Position numbers and translations under genes: made by a program
Notes under the pieces: model-generated
What the model saw: the letters and a program-made list of their open reading frames with translations, nothing else
The model's database searches: none
Told to the model about the DNA's origin: nothing
Part shown: one piece after another, positions 40,831-63,108 of the stretch
How positions within the stretch are numbered: the stretch's first letter is position 1
Layout: every line of letters starts with the position of its first letter
NCBI RefSeq assembly: GCF_009914755.1
Contig: NC_060931.1
Length of the DNA stretch: 64,000 nucleotides
Origin: the human T2T-CHM13v2.0 reference genome, Homo sapiens
Reading direction: 5' to 3' (one strand)

Positions 40831-41756
40831 CCGGGAGGCGGAGGTTGCCGTGAGCTGAGATCGCACCATTGCACTCCAGCCTGGGCAACAAGAGCAAAAC
40901 TACGTCTTAAAAAAAAAAAAGAAATAAAAAAATTATTGCCGGGCGCAGTGGCTCACGCCTGTAATCCCAACACTTTGGGAGGCCGAGGCAGGTGGATCAC
41001 CTGAGGTCAGAGTTCGAGACCAGCCTGACCAACATGGTGAAACCCTGTCTCTACTAAAAAATACAAAATTAGCCATGCTCAGTGGAGCATGCCTATAATC
41101 CCAGCTACTCAGGAGGCTGAGGTAGGAGAATCCCTTGAACCCAGGAGGCTGAAGTTGCAGTGAGTTCATTGCACTCCAGCCTAGGCAACGGAGCAAGATT
41201 CCATCTCAAAAAAATATATATATTAAGGACCCCAACAAAGTTTTTGTTCATGAAGGTTATATCAACTGATATTTACCATACTACAAATAAAATGGAGAAA
41301 TGACAATTTTCTTTATTTATTCAACCAATTACATGTGCACATAAAAAACTTACTTTATTAAAAACTTTATTTTCTGTAATAAAATATTGGGAAGAGTAGC
41401 ATTGCTTTTTATTTTTGCAAATCTCTTTAATGGCTGGCTTATGTGAATGGTTAGCTGCAAGCTCATGTCAGCTTCTGAACTCAATCTGTCATGGTACCAA
41501 CATAATGTGAATGCCGACGCAACAGAAAAAGAAAATGACCTCTCAGTATTTTTACGAACATAGTTTTGATCTTGTGAACCCCGTGAAAGTCATCCTGAAA
41601 AGTCTCCAGGGGTCATTTTTTTTTTTAACTATTTTTTGAAACAAAGTCTGGCTCTGTTGTCCAGGCTGGAGTGCAGTGGCAAGATCTGGGTTCACTGCAA
41701 ACTCCACCTCCCAGGTTCCAGGGGTCTTTAGATCATACTTTTACAACCACTGGTTA

Positions 41757-42076
<320 letters not shown>

Positions 42077-42079
<3 letters not shown>

Positions 42080-42230
42080 TATAAATTGGGTGGTTCAGTG
42101 TGTACTTGCTCAGGTGATGTGTACACCAAAATCTCACAAATCACCACTAAAGAATTTACTCATGTAACCAAATACCACCTGTTCCCCCAAAACTTATGAA
42201 AATAAAATAAAAACAATTTAAAAAATAAAA
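42077..42230 (+). mobile_element. L1PB-like extreme 3' end
   Basis: caccaaaatctcacaaatcaccactaaagaatttactcatgtaaccaaataccacctgttcccc followed by an A-rich tail. Confidence 0.8.
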
Positions 42231-42521
42231 AATAAACAACAACAAAAAAACCTGTGCACCTATTATGGGAACACACATCCTGGTGGAGAAGACGGTGGGA
42301 AGCCTAGGAAAGCAGAAATGGGGAAGGGAGGTGATTATAGGGAGACCCGGCCAGAGACTGCCAGGCCCATGGGGAAAATGAGAGGCAAAGCCAGCATGGG
42401 AGCACACAAGGGGTTAAGCCGTCTGCTCATTGGTGGATATCTCATTCTGTTGGAAGCAGAGCATCCGATACAAACTTTACTTGGATGTAACAAAATTTAA
42501 AAACTGTTCAAAAGGATGTTA

Positions 42522-42689
<168 letters not shown>

Positions 42690-43563
42690 TTAGCCAGGGG
42701 TGGTGGCATGTGACTGTAATCCCAGCTACTGGGGAGGCTGAGGCAGGAGAATCACTTGAACTCAGGAGGTGGAGTTTGCAGTGAACCGAGGTCATGCCAA
42801 TGAACTCCAGCCTGGGCGACAGAGCAAGATTCCATCTTAAAAAAAAAACTTAAATTCTGCAACAACTTAATTCTGAGTGGAAAGGGCAGTGGAAAGTAAG
42901 CTTGTAATCTTAGAGGAAGCATGGGGTCCAGTCGGGTATGTCCTAGACCTAAGAATAGTAGAATTTCAGAGAAGGAAAAAAATAGAGCTGAAACTGTGTG
43001 GATAGATAATTTAAAAGAGAATAGGGTCAAAGAAAGATAAGTTTCTAAAAATGAGTAAGTCCTTATATCATGCAATTGTCATAGACGTGATATATTTTTA
43101 TTAAACCAAACATTTAATAATTTGTGAATAAGATGGACAAATAAGACTAACAAAACAGATTCACTATTTCAAAATCTTTATTTCTAGAAGGCTTAAAAGA
43201 CTACAGCCAATATCCTTAGACTCCTCAATGACCCTCTAAGTATCCATCTATCAGAAATACTAGCACACTGGCCAGGTGCAGTGGCTCATGCCTGTAATCC
43301 CAGCGCTTTGGAGGCTTGAGTGGGAAGATTGCTTGAGCCCAGGAGTTCAAGACCAGCCTGGGCAACATAGTGAGACTCCATCTATACAAGAAAAAATCAA
43401 ATAAAATGAAGAAATAATAGCACACATACATAAACAAATATTTGCAAAGATGTGTACCGTATCCTTGCACTAGAAAAAGTAAAATAATGCAAATGTCTGT
43501 AAATAAATGCTCACCTTAATAAATTATGGTGATTCCATGGAACAAAATAGTACATAGCTCTCA

Positions 43564-44013
<450 letters not shown>

Positions 44014-44230
44014 TTACAGGTAAGCAAGGGAAGTAGGCTAGAACAATCAATATGGTAATGGAATAGAGTTAGATGGATTAGTAAGAACTCATATTTTGCT
44101 TAATATAGATACACGTAGTAACATATATAAATATTTATAGATATGGGGAGGGTTACTATACTCACGCATATTTATGTGCTCTGTCATCTGAGAGGTCTTA
44201 GGAGAAATGATATCACGGTAGTAGTGAGCA

Positions 44231-44937
<707 letters not shown>

Positions 44938-45114
44938 TGAAATGCAGTGGTGCAATCTCTGCTCACTGCAGCCTCGAACTCCCGGGCTCAGTGAATCCTC
45001 CTGCCTCACCCCCTTGAGTAGTTGGGACTACAGGAGTGCACCACCATGACTGCTAATTTTTGTATTTTTTTAGTAGAGATGGGGCTTCACCATGTTGCCC
45101 AGGCTGTTCTCTAA

Positions 45115-45555
<441 letters not shown>

Positions 45556-45569
45556 TAAGATGCCATTCA

Positions 45570-45788
<219 letters not shown>

Positions 45789-45936
45789 TTAGCCGGGCGT
45801 GGTGGCGTGCGCTTGTAGTCCCAGCTACTTGAGAGCCTGAGGTATGAGAATCGCTTGAACCCAGGAGGCAGAGGGTGCGGTGAGCCAAGATCGCACCACT
45901 GCACTTCTGCCTGGGTGACAGAGCGAGACCCTGTCT

Positions 45937-46002
<66 letters not shown>

Positions 46003-46656
46003 GCACAAATGAAACATTTAAGGATAAAAAGATTCTATTTAAAGTGGTAATTTAGTGCATTTTATCACCTTTTGTATTAAAGCAAAAATGAAGGGTACAG
46101 TGTGGCAGATATCACAATATATTTACCAGTTATAGTACAGAATCCCAATGATTCTCTCGTTAAAGGACTAAAACATTTCATATAAATTATAAATTTCTCA
46201 TAATTTATACATTTAATTTTAATTACTGGTGGCAAAATAGTATTCTTTGCCTTGTTTAAAGTATAACTGAGTTGGGAAGCTCATTTTTACCCATTTTACT
46301 CACTTTAGACTTGAAAGTATTTTTTATTCTTGCTAGTCTCCCAAGACCTCCTGTCAAACTGAAATATATAACTTTTTTTCATTTTTGATCTTCGCATTTG
46401 TAAGGGATAAATAATTGATTAGCATAGGAATTATGGGAATATATTTAGCTTATGCTCAGCACTAAACTATTTTTAAATGTCCTCAGGCATCAACCCAAAA
46501 TGTACATCCAAAGGGTGTCAATTGGAAATTGGGAAATGGAGTGACAGTATAGATTAGAACGATGAAATGGCAAATGCAACCGGAGGAATAGCAGTTGTCA
46601 GTTTCACTGCAACTTCAACAGTCAGTCTACCTTGCTGTATTTTTAAAAATTCCTTA

Positions 46657-46935
<279 letters not shown>

Positions 46936-47273
46936 CTATCTGAAAAAAAAAAAAAAATCCCTAAATGTCTCTCTGATAAGACTATAACCTCAGGTCAGGC
47001 GTGGTGGATCATGCCTCTAATCCCAGCACTTTGGGAGGCTGTGGCAGGCGGATCACGAGGTCAGAGGTTCGAGGCCAGCCTGGCCAACACGGTGAAACCC
47101 GTCTCTACTAAAGATACAAAAAATTAGCCGGGCGTGGTGGTGGGCGCCTGTAATCTCAGCTACTCAGGAGGCTGAGGCAGGAGAATCATTTGAACCCGGG
47201 AGGCAGAGGTTGCAGTGGGCAAAAAAAAAAGACTATAACCTCTTTGAGAGCAGAATCTTCCCTTCTAATTTCA

Positions 47274-47618
<345 letters not shown>

Positions 47619-47649
47619 TCAAAATGAATTGAAGAAAAAGTAAAATTTT

Positions 47650-48250
47650 AAAAACTTTATTTTAATATAAGATCACTTAACATGAGAGCTACGCTCCTAA
47701 TACATTCTAAGTGGATAGGGTACTGGATAGGGTACTGTTAACTATAGGGACAATGTTGCACAGCAGATCTCCAGAACTCACTCAGCCCCCATCATCAAAA
47801 CTTTATGCCTGTTAATTAGCTGCTCCCCATTCCCCCTCCGCCAGCTCTTGGCAGCCATCATTCTACTCTCTGATTCTTTGAGTTTGACTATTTTAGATGT
47901 CTCATATGCATGTAGTCATGCAGTATTTGTCCTTCTGTGACTAGCTTAATTCACTTAGCATAATGTTCTCCAGTTTTGTCCATGTCCTTGCATATTGCAG
48001 GATTTCCTTTTGTTTTAAGGCTCCACGATATTGCATTGTATGTATATACCACCCTTGCTTTATCCACTCATCCATCCATGGACATTTAGGTTGCTTCCAT
48101 AGCATTGCTATTCTGAATAATGCTACAGTGAACACTGGATTAGGGTTGATTTCTAAATATATAAAGAACTCCTACAATTCAATAGCAAAGCAAAAACAGC
48201 AAATAACCTGGTTTTACAAAGTATATGGGACATGAACTCAAATATGAAGA
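47650..48250. mobile_element. L1MA/MB 3' region; minus-strand piece abutting a plus-strand piece
   Basis: ccatcattctactctct...gcttaattcacttagcataatg...ggacatttaggttgcttcc, then aaatatataaagaactcctacaattcaatagc. Confidence 0.8.
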
Positions 48251-48321
48251 AATTTTTTTTTTTGATACGAAGTTTTGCTCTTGTCGCCCAGGCTGGAGTG
48301 CAATGGCACGATCTCGGCTCA

Positions 48322-50296
<1,975 letters not shown>

Positions 50297-52104
50297 TAGG
50301 GTCTAGCCCTTGAGTTTCCCAACCCAAAGCATGATTTTTTTCCCCCAAGATTTCCTCTCATTTGTAGGTCCTCCTCACCAGGCTGTTGAAACATCTGCTC
50401 AGCTTCTCAATCTTTCGAGACCTCATTAAACGCCCTGGGAGAACAGTAGCCCTAAAGCTGGGCTCATCTTCTTGGATTTACTTCTGTGGATCTCAGTCCT
50501 GTAACTCTTTAATTCTTTATTGTGTTGTGAGCTCCCCCAATGCCTTAAAGCAAATTATTCTTAGATTTTCTGCTGCCTTGCAGTTGTTTTCAGTGGAAGG
50601 GTGGTTCCTCATTATCTAGTCTGCCATTTTCAGAGATATCAAGCTCAATCCTTATGAAAATTTTATTCTTACCAAACAAGCTAATAGTAAATAAACAAAA
50701 TACAGGGTTGCCTTTTTTTTTTTTAATGTCACTTTCTGTTTCTTTAGTCATTGGTGAAGATGCTATTAAAGTACTTTCTAAATAACTGAGAAGCAAGGCA
50801 GATGGCCAAGCAAGATAAAGGAAAAGATCAGGTTAATTCACAAACTGTGTATTCAGCCTGAACAATGGAGATAAAAGAGATATTCCCCAAATTAGACTGA
50901 GCAGACATCCTCCTTTTTAAAGGGCAATCCCATTTTCAGTATTTATGTCTTATTTGTTCCCTGAGGCAAATGTCTCTTTATGCAAAGCATAAAGTAATCA
51001 GGTATTTCATCAGGTAGGAAAGAACTTGTTTTTTACTCCCTCTGTGACCTGGAGTTGTGCACAGCATATGTCACATCAGGGGTGTCAGCAGCACCAAGTT
51101 GAAGATTCAAGCAAGACAGGTGACCTTATAAAAAGGACTGTGAAGAGTTAGGCATCAAAACAAAACACAGCATTCTAAGCCTGGGCCACAGTAACTCAGC
51201 CAAAGTGGGCATGAGCTAAGGAGGCAAGATGGCATTGGCCATCACCAGAGGTCAGCAGACCTGGACAGGGCCACAGCAGCTGGAAGGAGCTTGGTGAGAC
51301 ACTGTAGCTGGGGCAGTCTGCTTTCATCTCCTTGTCCAGTGCCAGCCTCTTTCTCAATGGGACCAGCCCAAAGGAATGCAAGGGAAGGGGATTTCACACT
51401 GGCTTCTGTGGGCAAAGAGGGAAGTGGAGTTTTTTTTTTTTTTCTTTTTTTTTGAGACAGAGTCTTGCTCTGTCGCCCAGGCTGGAGTGCAGTGGTGCAA
51501 TCTCGGCTCACTGCAGCCTCGGGAAGTGGAATTTGATACCTCTCCTAACAGGCAATTGCAGCCTCCAGAAGCCAAAGCCAGGGTGGCATTTCCCCAGAGT
51601 GGATCCTATGTCTCTCCCTGGCTTGACAACTGCTTCAGGACAGGGATAATGTTTGTTGGTAAGATCTGCTATGGTGCTGATTTGAAACTGAAAAAGGGAT
51701 TAAATGCACAAGCAGAAAAGCATAAGGAAAAAACCAACACAGGGTCGCGCCTTCTCTCCTGCCTCGGTCCAACAAGCACTGCTCATCCAGCATTGCTGTG
51801 CTCCTGAGAGGAGAAGGCCCTTTTCTCCCCTCCTCTGGAAGGAAACGGGGCAGAACAAGACAACCTCACTTCCCTTGCCTCTCTCGCCTCTTCTGCCTCT
51901 ACCTAATAACCTACGAATAGCATCTCTAAATTAATAGGGAACTTAGTGATACCATCAGGACCCCATCCTTACTCAAAGTAGGAATTCCTTTTAAAAATTT
52001 GCGTCTCCTGGGCCGGGCGCGGTGGCTCACGCCTGTAATCCCAGCACTTTGGGAGTCCGAGGTGGGCGGATCACGAGGTCAGGAGATCGAGACCATCCTG
52101 GCTA

Positions 52105-52387
<283 letters not shown>

Positions 52388-52401
52388 TTATTTTTGTTTT
52401 A

Positions 52402-52590
<189 letters not shown>

Positions 52591-52601
52591 TCAACTACTC
52601 A

Positions 52602-52742
<141 letters not shown>

Positions 52743-53213
52743 TCACGCCTGTAATCCCAGCACTTTGAGAGGCCGAGGCGGGTGGATCATCTGAGGTCAA
52801 GAGTTCCAGACCAGCCTGGCCAACATGGGGAAACCCAGTCTCTACTACAATACAAAAAAATTAGCCGGGTGTGGCCAGGCGCGGTGGCTCATGCCTGTAA
52901 TCCCATCACTCTGGGAGGCAGAGGCGGGCAGATCACGAGGTTAGGAGTTCGAGACCAGCCTGGCCAATATGATGAAACCCCGTCTCTACTAAAAATACAA
53001 AAATTAGCCAGGCCTAGTGGTGCGTGCCTGTAGTCCCAGCTACTCAGGAAGCTGAGGCAGAAGAATCGCTTGAACCTGGGAGGTGGAGGTTGCAGTAAGC
53101 CAAGATCACATCACTGCACTCCAGACTGGGCAACAGAGTGGGACTCTGTCTCAAAAAAAAGAAAAAGAAAAAAGAAAAAATATATATACGTAAAATAAAA
53201 TAAAATAAAATAA

Positions 53214-53640
<427 letters not shown>

Positions 53641-55617
53641 TAATAGGAGGGTTTTGTACACGTGGAATATGATAAAACACACTTCCTTCAACCAGCACCA
53701 CACATATATTTTTATACACAATGACAATAGGCTGGGCATGGTGGCTAACACAGTACATCAGGAGGCCAAGGAGGGAGGACACTTGAGGCCAGGAGATCAT
53801 ACCAGCCTGGGCAACATTGCAAGACCTCATCTCTACAAAAAATAAAATAAATTAGCCAGGCATGGTGTCACGCATCTGTAGTCCCAGCTACCCAGGAGAC
53901 TGAGGATGGCTTCAGCCCAGGAGTTCAAGGCTGCCGTGAGCTATGATCACACCACTGCCCTCCAGCCTGGGTGACAGTTCGAGATCCTGTCCCAAACAAC
54001 AGCAACAATAAAAATGACAACATAATTGTGGATCAAATTCCATTTTTTTTTCTTTTGAGATAAGGTCTCACTCTGTCACCCAGGCTGGAGTGCAGTGGTC
54101 TCAGCTCACTGCAGCCTCAAGCTCCCCAGCCTCAGGTGATCCTCCCATCTCAGCTTCCTGAGTAGCTGGGACTGCAGGTGTGTGCCACCATGCCCAGCTA
54201 ATTTTTGCATTTTTTTATAGAGAGAGGGTTTCATCATGTTGCCCAGGCTAGTATTAAATTTCATTTTGAGCACTCAAATTGACAGAAAGTTGTACCTAAA
54301 ATTGAACTGGCCAGGCACAGTGGCTCACGTCTGTAATTCCAGCACTTTGGGAGGCCGAGGCGGGCGGATCACGGGGTCAGGAGATCGAGACCATCCTGGC
54401 AAACACAGTGAAACCCCATCTCTACTAAAAATACAAAAAAATTAGCTGGGCGTGGTGGCGGGTGCCTGTAGTCCCCGCTACTTGGGAGGCTGAGGCAGGA
54501 GAATGGCGTGAACCTGGGAGCCGAGATCATGCCACTGCACTCCAGCCTGGGCAACAGAGCGAGACTCCGTCTCAAAAATAAATAAATTAATTAAATTAAA
54601 TTAAATTGAACTAAAATCTTGGTGGATTTCAAGTGGTTAGTCTTTGTTTTGGCTTCCAGAACATCATAGAATGAGTGGAGCTCTTCTATGCAGCGACGGC
54701 TCTGCAAAATTTTCCAGACAGCGATTGCTTTTCTCCTCTAACGTCTACCTCTCTCTCCCATCCCTGTACCACATGATTCATTGCCAGCCAAAATATTTCC
54801 AGTTTTTTTTTTAACAATTCCTCCTGTGGCATTGTGGAATTGAAATAATTATATGTATTTCTTGCCAAAGAAAAACATTCAGAATAGGAAGTTTGCTTTG
54901 AGTTAGATAAAACAAGTTAATTACTTTTGGTGAAAGGTTTGTTTGTTTGTTTTTGCTATTATAGCATCATTATGCTATTATATAGCATATATTATGCCAT
55001 AACACTAGGTTATAGAGTGAAGACTTTCCATATCTGAATTATCTGTATTTTGCCTGTGTAAATAAGATAATCAGATACTCATATGATTTTTTTTTTTCAG
55101 CTGGAAAAGTAGACTTTAAAAATCAAGATAACTTTTTTTTTTTGACAGTTTCAAATTTTGCTCTTTTGCCCAGGTTGGAGTGAAGTGGCGTGATCTTGGC
55201 TCACTGAAACATCTGCCCCCCGGGTTCAAGCGATTCTCCTACCTCAGCCTCCCAAATAGCTGGGATTACAGGCGCCACCACCACACCTGGCTAATTTTTT
55301 GTATTTTTGGTAGAGATGGGGTTTCACCATGTTGGCCAGGCTGATCTCGAACTCTTGACCTCAGGTGATCCACTCGCCTCAGCCTCCCAAAGTGCTAGGA
55401 TTACAAGCACAAGCCACTGCACCTGGCCAACTTAAAAAATATATAGAGTACACCTAAATTGAAAAAAGTTTCAATACATTTTATGGTATGGCATGTTTAT
55501 AGATAGTATCAAATTTACTAATTGAAAAGAAAATACATGGACTAAATGAAAAGAAAATATAAATCCCCAGCTATATAAACTCTCCATTAACCTGAAACTG
55601 GCTAACTATAATAATCA

Positions 55618-55797
<180 letters not shown>

Positions 55798-56087
55798 TCA
55801 GGAGACTGAGTCAGGAGAATCGCTTGAACCTGGGAGATGGAGGTTGTAGCGAGCCGAGATCGTGCCACTGCACTCCAGCCTGAGCAACAGAGCAAGTCTC
55901 CATCTCAAAATAATAATAATAATCAATAAATTAGGCTTTCTTCCTCAGAGTTATGCAAGTGTAGCTACTTCAAGATTTGTATTTATCAAAGAATTTGTGC
56001 TTTGACATAAAGATCAAGACACAAAATTGCAGGAGATATTTCAGGACAGGTGGAATTTCCTAACTTCTTAAAATGCATGAGCAAGGG

Positions 56088-56628
56088 TGTTACATATGGT
56101 GAACCCCAGTTTCTCTTCAAAGAACCAGTATGTCAGTATGTTCAGCTCTCTTATTCTTTGATTCTCCATTTTAAAGTTTAACTTCCTGGTTCTCTTAGCC
56201 CCCTTCCTTCTAGTTTCAGTAAACAACTTTCCCACCAGTCCTAACCAGTAGTTCACAGCGGTCCCCTGATCACCTGCTTTAACCTAAGTCACCTTTAGTT
56301 ACCTGTTCCTAACCATCCTTCCTGCCAAAGTACTCACCCTGCCACTCCAGCTCGTATTCCTGTTCTCTTTAAAATAGCCAATCAGAATTAGCTTAGACTG
56401 TGTGGTCCAACCCTAGCCAATATGGGAATGACACAGCAGTAGGGGCTACTTGTGTCAGGAATAAGAACTCCTGCCCCTCCCCTGTTCAGGTGTGCTCTTG
56501 CCATTGTTCCATCTACAAGAAGCACCCTTTCTGCAGAAAGTAAAAATTGCCTTGCTGAGAAAATTAAATTTATGTTCGAGTGCTATATCTTTGTGGCACT
56601 GAGGAATAAGCATTTTGCATTTCTAGCA
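56088..56628 (+). mobile_element. LTR10-family (HERV-I) solo LTR
   Basis: TGTTA...CA termini, tttctcttcaaagaa..agtatgtcagtatgttcag motif, CCAAT boxes, TSD AAGGG (56083-56087 / 56629-56633). Confidence 0.8.
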
Positions 56629-56649
56629 AAGGGTAAAAAACACTGTATT

Positions 56650-56960
56650 TGAATCAGAAGACTTGGGATTGTGTCCCAGATTTGCCTCTTTTAGTTTTTA
56701 ATGTATTTGAACTGCAGTTTCCTCATAATGTCATCATCATCATTAACTATTTAGTGAGCATTTACTATATGCCAGTCACTGTACTAAGTGCTTTACAGAG
56801 ATGATCTATGTAATCTACACATCAACTCTATGAGGTTCATGCCTTTATTAACCTTGTTTTACAGATGAGAAACAGGCTCAGAGGGGTTAACCAGCTTGCC
56901 CATGGACACTCAACCCTGAGAGAGAGTTGAAATTCATATGCAAATAGCCTGAGCCTTGCC
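56650..56960. mobile_element. MIR fragments
   Basis: agcatttactatatgccag...ttttacagatgagaaacaggctcagaggggttaa is the MIR core. Confidence 0.75.
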
Positions 56961-57204
56961 TCTCCCATTCCAGAGGTAATTCTGGTATACTTTTTTGTAA
57001 AGTTCCTTCTTGTTTGTACATCCTTCAATCTATTCTACCTTACACAGTCAGCCAGGTCTTCTTTCAAGATACTTCTCAGATGATTCTCTTCTAAAAACTA
57101 TAACTAGCTTTTGATTTGCATATGTGAAACTTCACATTTTCTAACCTGGCATTCAAGATATTTTATAATGTGCTCCAATTCATCTTTGGAGACACAGCTC
57201 CTAG

Positions 57205-57799
<595 letters not shown>

Positions 57800-58837
57800 T
57801 GATCCGCCTGCCTCAGTCTCCCAAAGTGCTGGGATGACAGGTGTGAGCCACCGCCACCGGCCAGGTGTCACCCTTTTGTGAAACCAGATTATTCCTGTCC
57901 ACAGGGATCTCTGCCTACCTAAATGGAAATCCTAAGGCAAGGACAGTGAAATTATTGTATTTCCCTAAATGTAACATTACATATAGTTATTTGTGTGCAT
58001 GAATTATCTCCTTTATTATCCTATAAGATGATAGAGACCAATGTATAGAAAGCTATGTATAGCTCTTTCCAAACCCATTTTGGGAGCTCAGGGAGTATTT
58101 CCAAAAGACATAGATTGCCGGCTTTTCCCAGAAATGGGACCTGCAGGGAGGTGTGGCCCCTGAGGGGGTGGAATCGCTGAAGCTCGGGCAGATAGCAGTG
58201 GAAGCTAGACTATTACTAGCTTCTTTCAGTATCACTTCTACTTTGCTTTGCTAACAAAAGAAAGCTGTTAAGCCTCCGGCCATAGGAATCAAATGGAAAT
58301 GTCCCTCCCTTCTAGGCAAAGCTAGTGCCCTGGGCTTCGTTGCATTGCAAGTTTACTGGAAAAAAAAATTTGAGCTTTTATTCAGTATTTATACAGTCAT
58401 TCCCTAGAATCTCCTTCATCCGGTCTTAAAACTAGAATTTGACACAGTGGGTTTAGGTTGAATGGTTTAGGCAACCAAATTAATCATGGCAGTCAAAAGT
58501 CCCTTTGCATTTTTCTTTTACAGTCCTCCCATAAAGTTAATATATTTAAATGGTTGTGAGATAGACAATTAAGCATGGCCCTTTACCTTTTTACAGTAAG
58601 GGATCACAGCAAGTGGGACGGAGAGAGAGAAAAAGAAATTCCTTGACGTGTGTCCTTGCAAACAGACAACTAGCCAACGCTGCCTCCTAGTGTCTAAGGT
58701 AGACACTGCCTGAGGGATTTGGATGTGAAGCTGTGGTTTGTTGGAGGGGAGGTTTTGCAGTATATATGAATATCTATTAACTGGCCAGCACAAGCAATGG
58801 ATTAAAAAGTTTAATCACTGTGGGGCGTGGTGGCTCA

Positions 58838-59202
<365 letters not shown>

Positions 59203-59511
59203 TCACACGCCTTCATGAGCCTGGCAGGTGGACGTGACATCCCGGGAGTGGTAAAGGCATGCCCCGCATGAAGGTGCTCAGTTTCCTCAATGTTTAAAAC
59301 TTCGTGTGAGCCCAGAAACATTTCTGAGGACCACATCACTAGGGCACAAGTTTACATTTAAAGGATTTTAAATAGGAGAAAAGAGATTTTCTTTCTCTTG
59401 GAGCTTCTTTTTAACTCTAAGAAGTTGCCAAACCTACTGAACTCTGCTACTGAGTTTGCGAACATGAGATACTTGTTTTCCCCAGTGTGTGCCACAGCAC
59501 AATAGGTGACA

Positions 59512-59693
59512 CAGGCTCTCGTAACCTCCGCTGGCGTTGTGGGTATGTGACCCATACAAACGGGCCCCACGCTTAGGAGTCCCACACTTGGTTCAAGACT
59601 TCAGTTGCTATCTTGAAATTCTGAATGCTTTCTGACCAGGGGACATGCATCTTCATTTTGCACAGGGAACTGTGAATTATGTGGCAGGTCTTG
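59512..59693 (+). mobile_element. MER45A-like hAT MITE
   Basis: gggccccacgct...tcttgaaattct...ttcattttgcac...aattatgtggcaggtcttg. Confidence 0.65.
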
Positions 59694-60159
59694 GATGTAA
59701 TAGAATTTGCTACCTTTGCTTCTGTTCTCTTCTGCCTATTTCCTGCCCATCGTCTATGTTTTTGGTTTGGTGCTATGCCCTAAACCTTACCCAGAAAAAA
59801 GAGTCTTGGCAATGGTAACAGAAATCTGCCCCATCTTTTGCCTCCCAACTCCAGAGGAGTTTGTGTCCTCTTTTGATTTTATTTTTTTATTTTTTATTAT
59901 TTTTAATACAGGGTCTGGCTCTGTCACCCAGCCTGGAATGCAATAGCGCAATGATGGTTCACTGCAGCCTTGACTCCTGGACTCAAGAAATCCTCTTGCC
60001 TCAGCCTCCTAGATAACTGGGACTACAGGTGCACGCCACCGTGCCTGGCTAATTTTTTATTTTTGTGGAGACAGGGTCTCACTATGTTACCCAGGCTGGT
60101 CTTGTACTTCTGGGCTCAAGCAATCCTCCCCACTTGGTTTCCCAAAGTGCTGGGGTTAA

Positions 60160-60550
<391 letters not shown>

Positions 60551-60568
60551 TGATTCGCCTTATAATCA

Positions 60569-61253
<685 letters not shown>

Positions 61254-63108
61254 TTAATGACACAATTACCACCACCCTCCTTATTTAGTCAGATTCATTA
61301 AGCTCTTGGTTTCCATGAACTAAATCCAGCCCTTTTGTTGGTAGTTGAGGTAATAAATGGTAAATGGCACCTTTCTCTAGCACCCATTTGATTAGTTTAA
61401 AATGACCTCATACTAGTGTCACAGACTAGTGTGACTCAGCCTGATGTCATCAACTCCTCTTAAATGACTGCTAATTCCCCATGGCAATCAGCACCTTCCC
61501 AAAAGCTTCAGCAGAGAAGAGTCTTAAAAGCCTTTTGTTCTAACTTCTTTTTTTTGGACATCGTACAATAGGCTTTAGCCTTGGGTTAATTGTCTCTGTG
61601 GACATAGTAAGTCTTTAATGTTTAGTGTCTTGCATGCGAACAACTTGTTGAGAATAAGCCACCCCTTCGGTTCCAGTTTTTAGTAAAAGCTGTCTTCTAA
61701 TAAGACTGAATGGAATAAAAAAATCAAAATCCAAGAACCAGTTTACTCTGTTAGAGAATGTTAGTCAGTGTTCCAGTTCATGAATTATTAATAATAACAC
61801 CTGACATTTGTCTTGTTCTTCTCCCTTCATCAAAGCACTTTCTCATTTATTATCTCATTTGACCTTGCCGTGCACCTTTCAGACAATGGGGAAGGCACTG
61901 TCACAGCAGGGACTAGCGAGATGCTGGTGAGTGGTGGAGAATGCCACATTTAGCAAGAGGTAGATGCTTAGAAATCTTTCTCAAAATCAGCAAGTAATAC
62001 CTTAAAATAAAAAAAAAAATGGGCTGGTGATCTGGGAAATAGAGGAAACAGGGGCAAAGAGAAGCAGGAAAGAGGAGAAAAGGGAAGGAAAGAGGGAGGG
62101 AGGAAAATTTATATTAATGGACATCAAATCTCAACTCTCCAAACCTGAAGGGAAACATAGTAGTTTTTTAAAAGAATTAATGGATGTTAGTTTTAAATGG
62201 ACACCTTCCTCTTTTTACAGAAAATTTCTGGGCTGTTTGACATCACCACTGAGAGCAGCTAGAATTTGAATGGCGGGGATACTTTAAAAGCTCAGAACTA
62301 TAGCCAGGCGTGGTGACTCACTCCTGTAATCCCCAGCACTTTGGGAGGCTGAGGTGGGTGAATCGCTTGAGCCCAGAAGTTCAACACATCTGGGCAACAT
62401 GGTGAAACTCCATCTCTACCAAAAATACAAAAATTAGCCAGTCTCATAACCTGGTCTCAAAAAAATAAAATGAAAGCTCAAAAGTGTAAAATCAGAGGAC
62501 AAAAGCATGCACATAGGGAAAGAGTATGTCTGTGTAACAGCCAGGGTCCAACTGACCTTAAGGGACAATGACTCATCTGCTGTGTAAGGTCCCATCCTTG
62601 GATTTTACAGTATCTGTAGCTACCCCCATCTCATTCTTTTTTTTTTTTTTTTTTTGAGACGGAGTCTAGCTCTGTCGCCCAGGCTGGAGTGCAGTGGCAC
62701 CATCTCGGCTCATTGCAACCTCCGCCCCCTGGGTTCAAGCAATCTCCTGCCTCAGCCTCCCTAGTCACTGAGATTACAGGCACCTGCCACCACAGCTAAT
62801 TTTTGTATTTTTAGTAGATGCAGGGTTTCGCCATGTTGGCCAGGCTGATCTTGAACTCCTGACCTCAGGTGACCCTCCCGCCCCAGCCTCCCAAAGTGCT
62901 GGGATTACAGTCGTGAGTCACCGCAGCCGGCCATCTGATTCTTCTTCATGGGCAGTAACCTGCCGCCATGTGGTGAGAATGATCTTTTACCCACACCGTG
63001 GGCGCTAGCTTATTTCTCTGTGACTTAGTCATGCCTGGCCTATTACCTAGTTGAATAGATCTGCGCTGTGTTTGACTCTCAAGTAAAAACACATTCTAAG
63101 GTTGATTT

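Noticed and set aside
59255-59274. p53 response element
   Set aside because: Only one good half-site (AGGCATGCCC); the neighbouring decamer does not fit RRRCWWGYYY.
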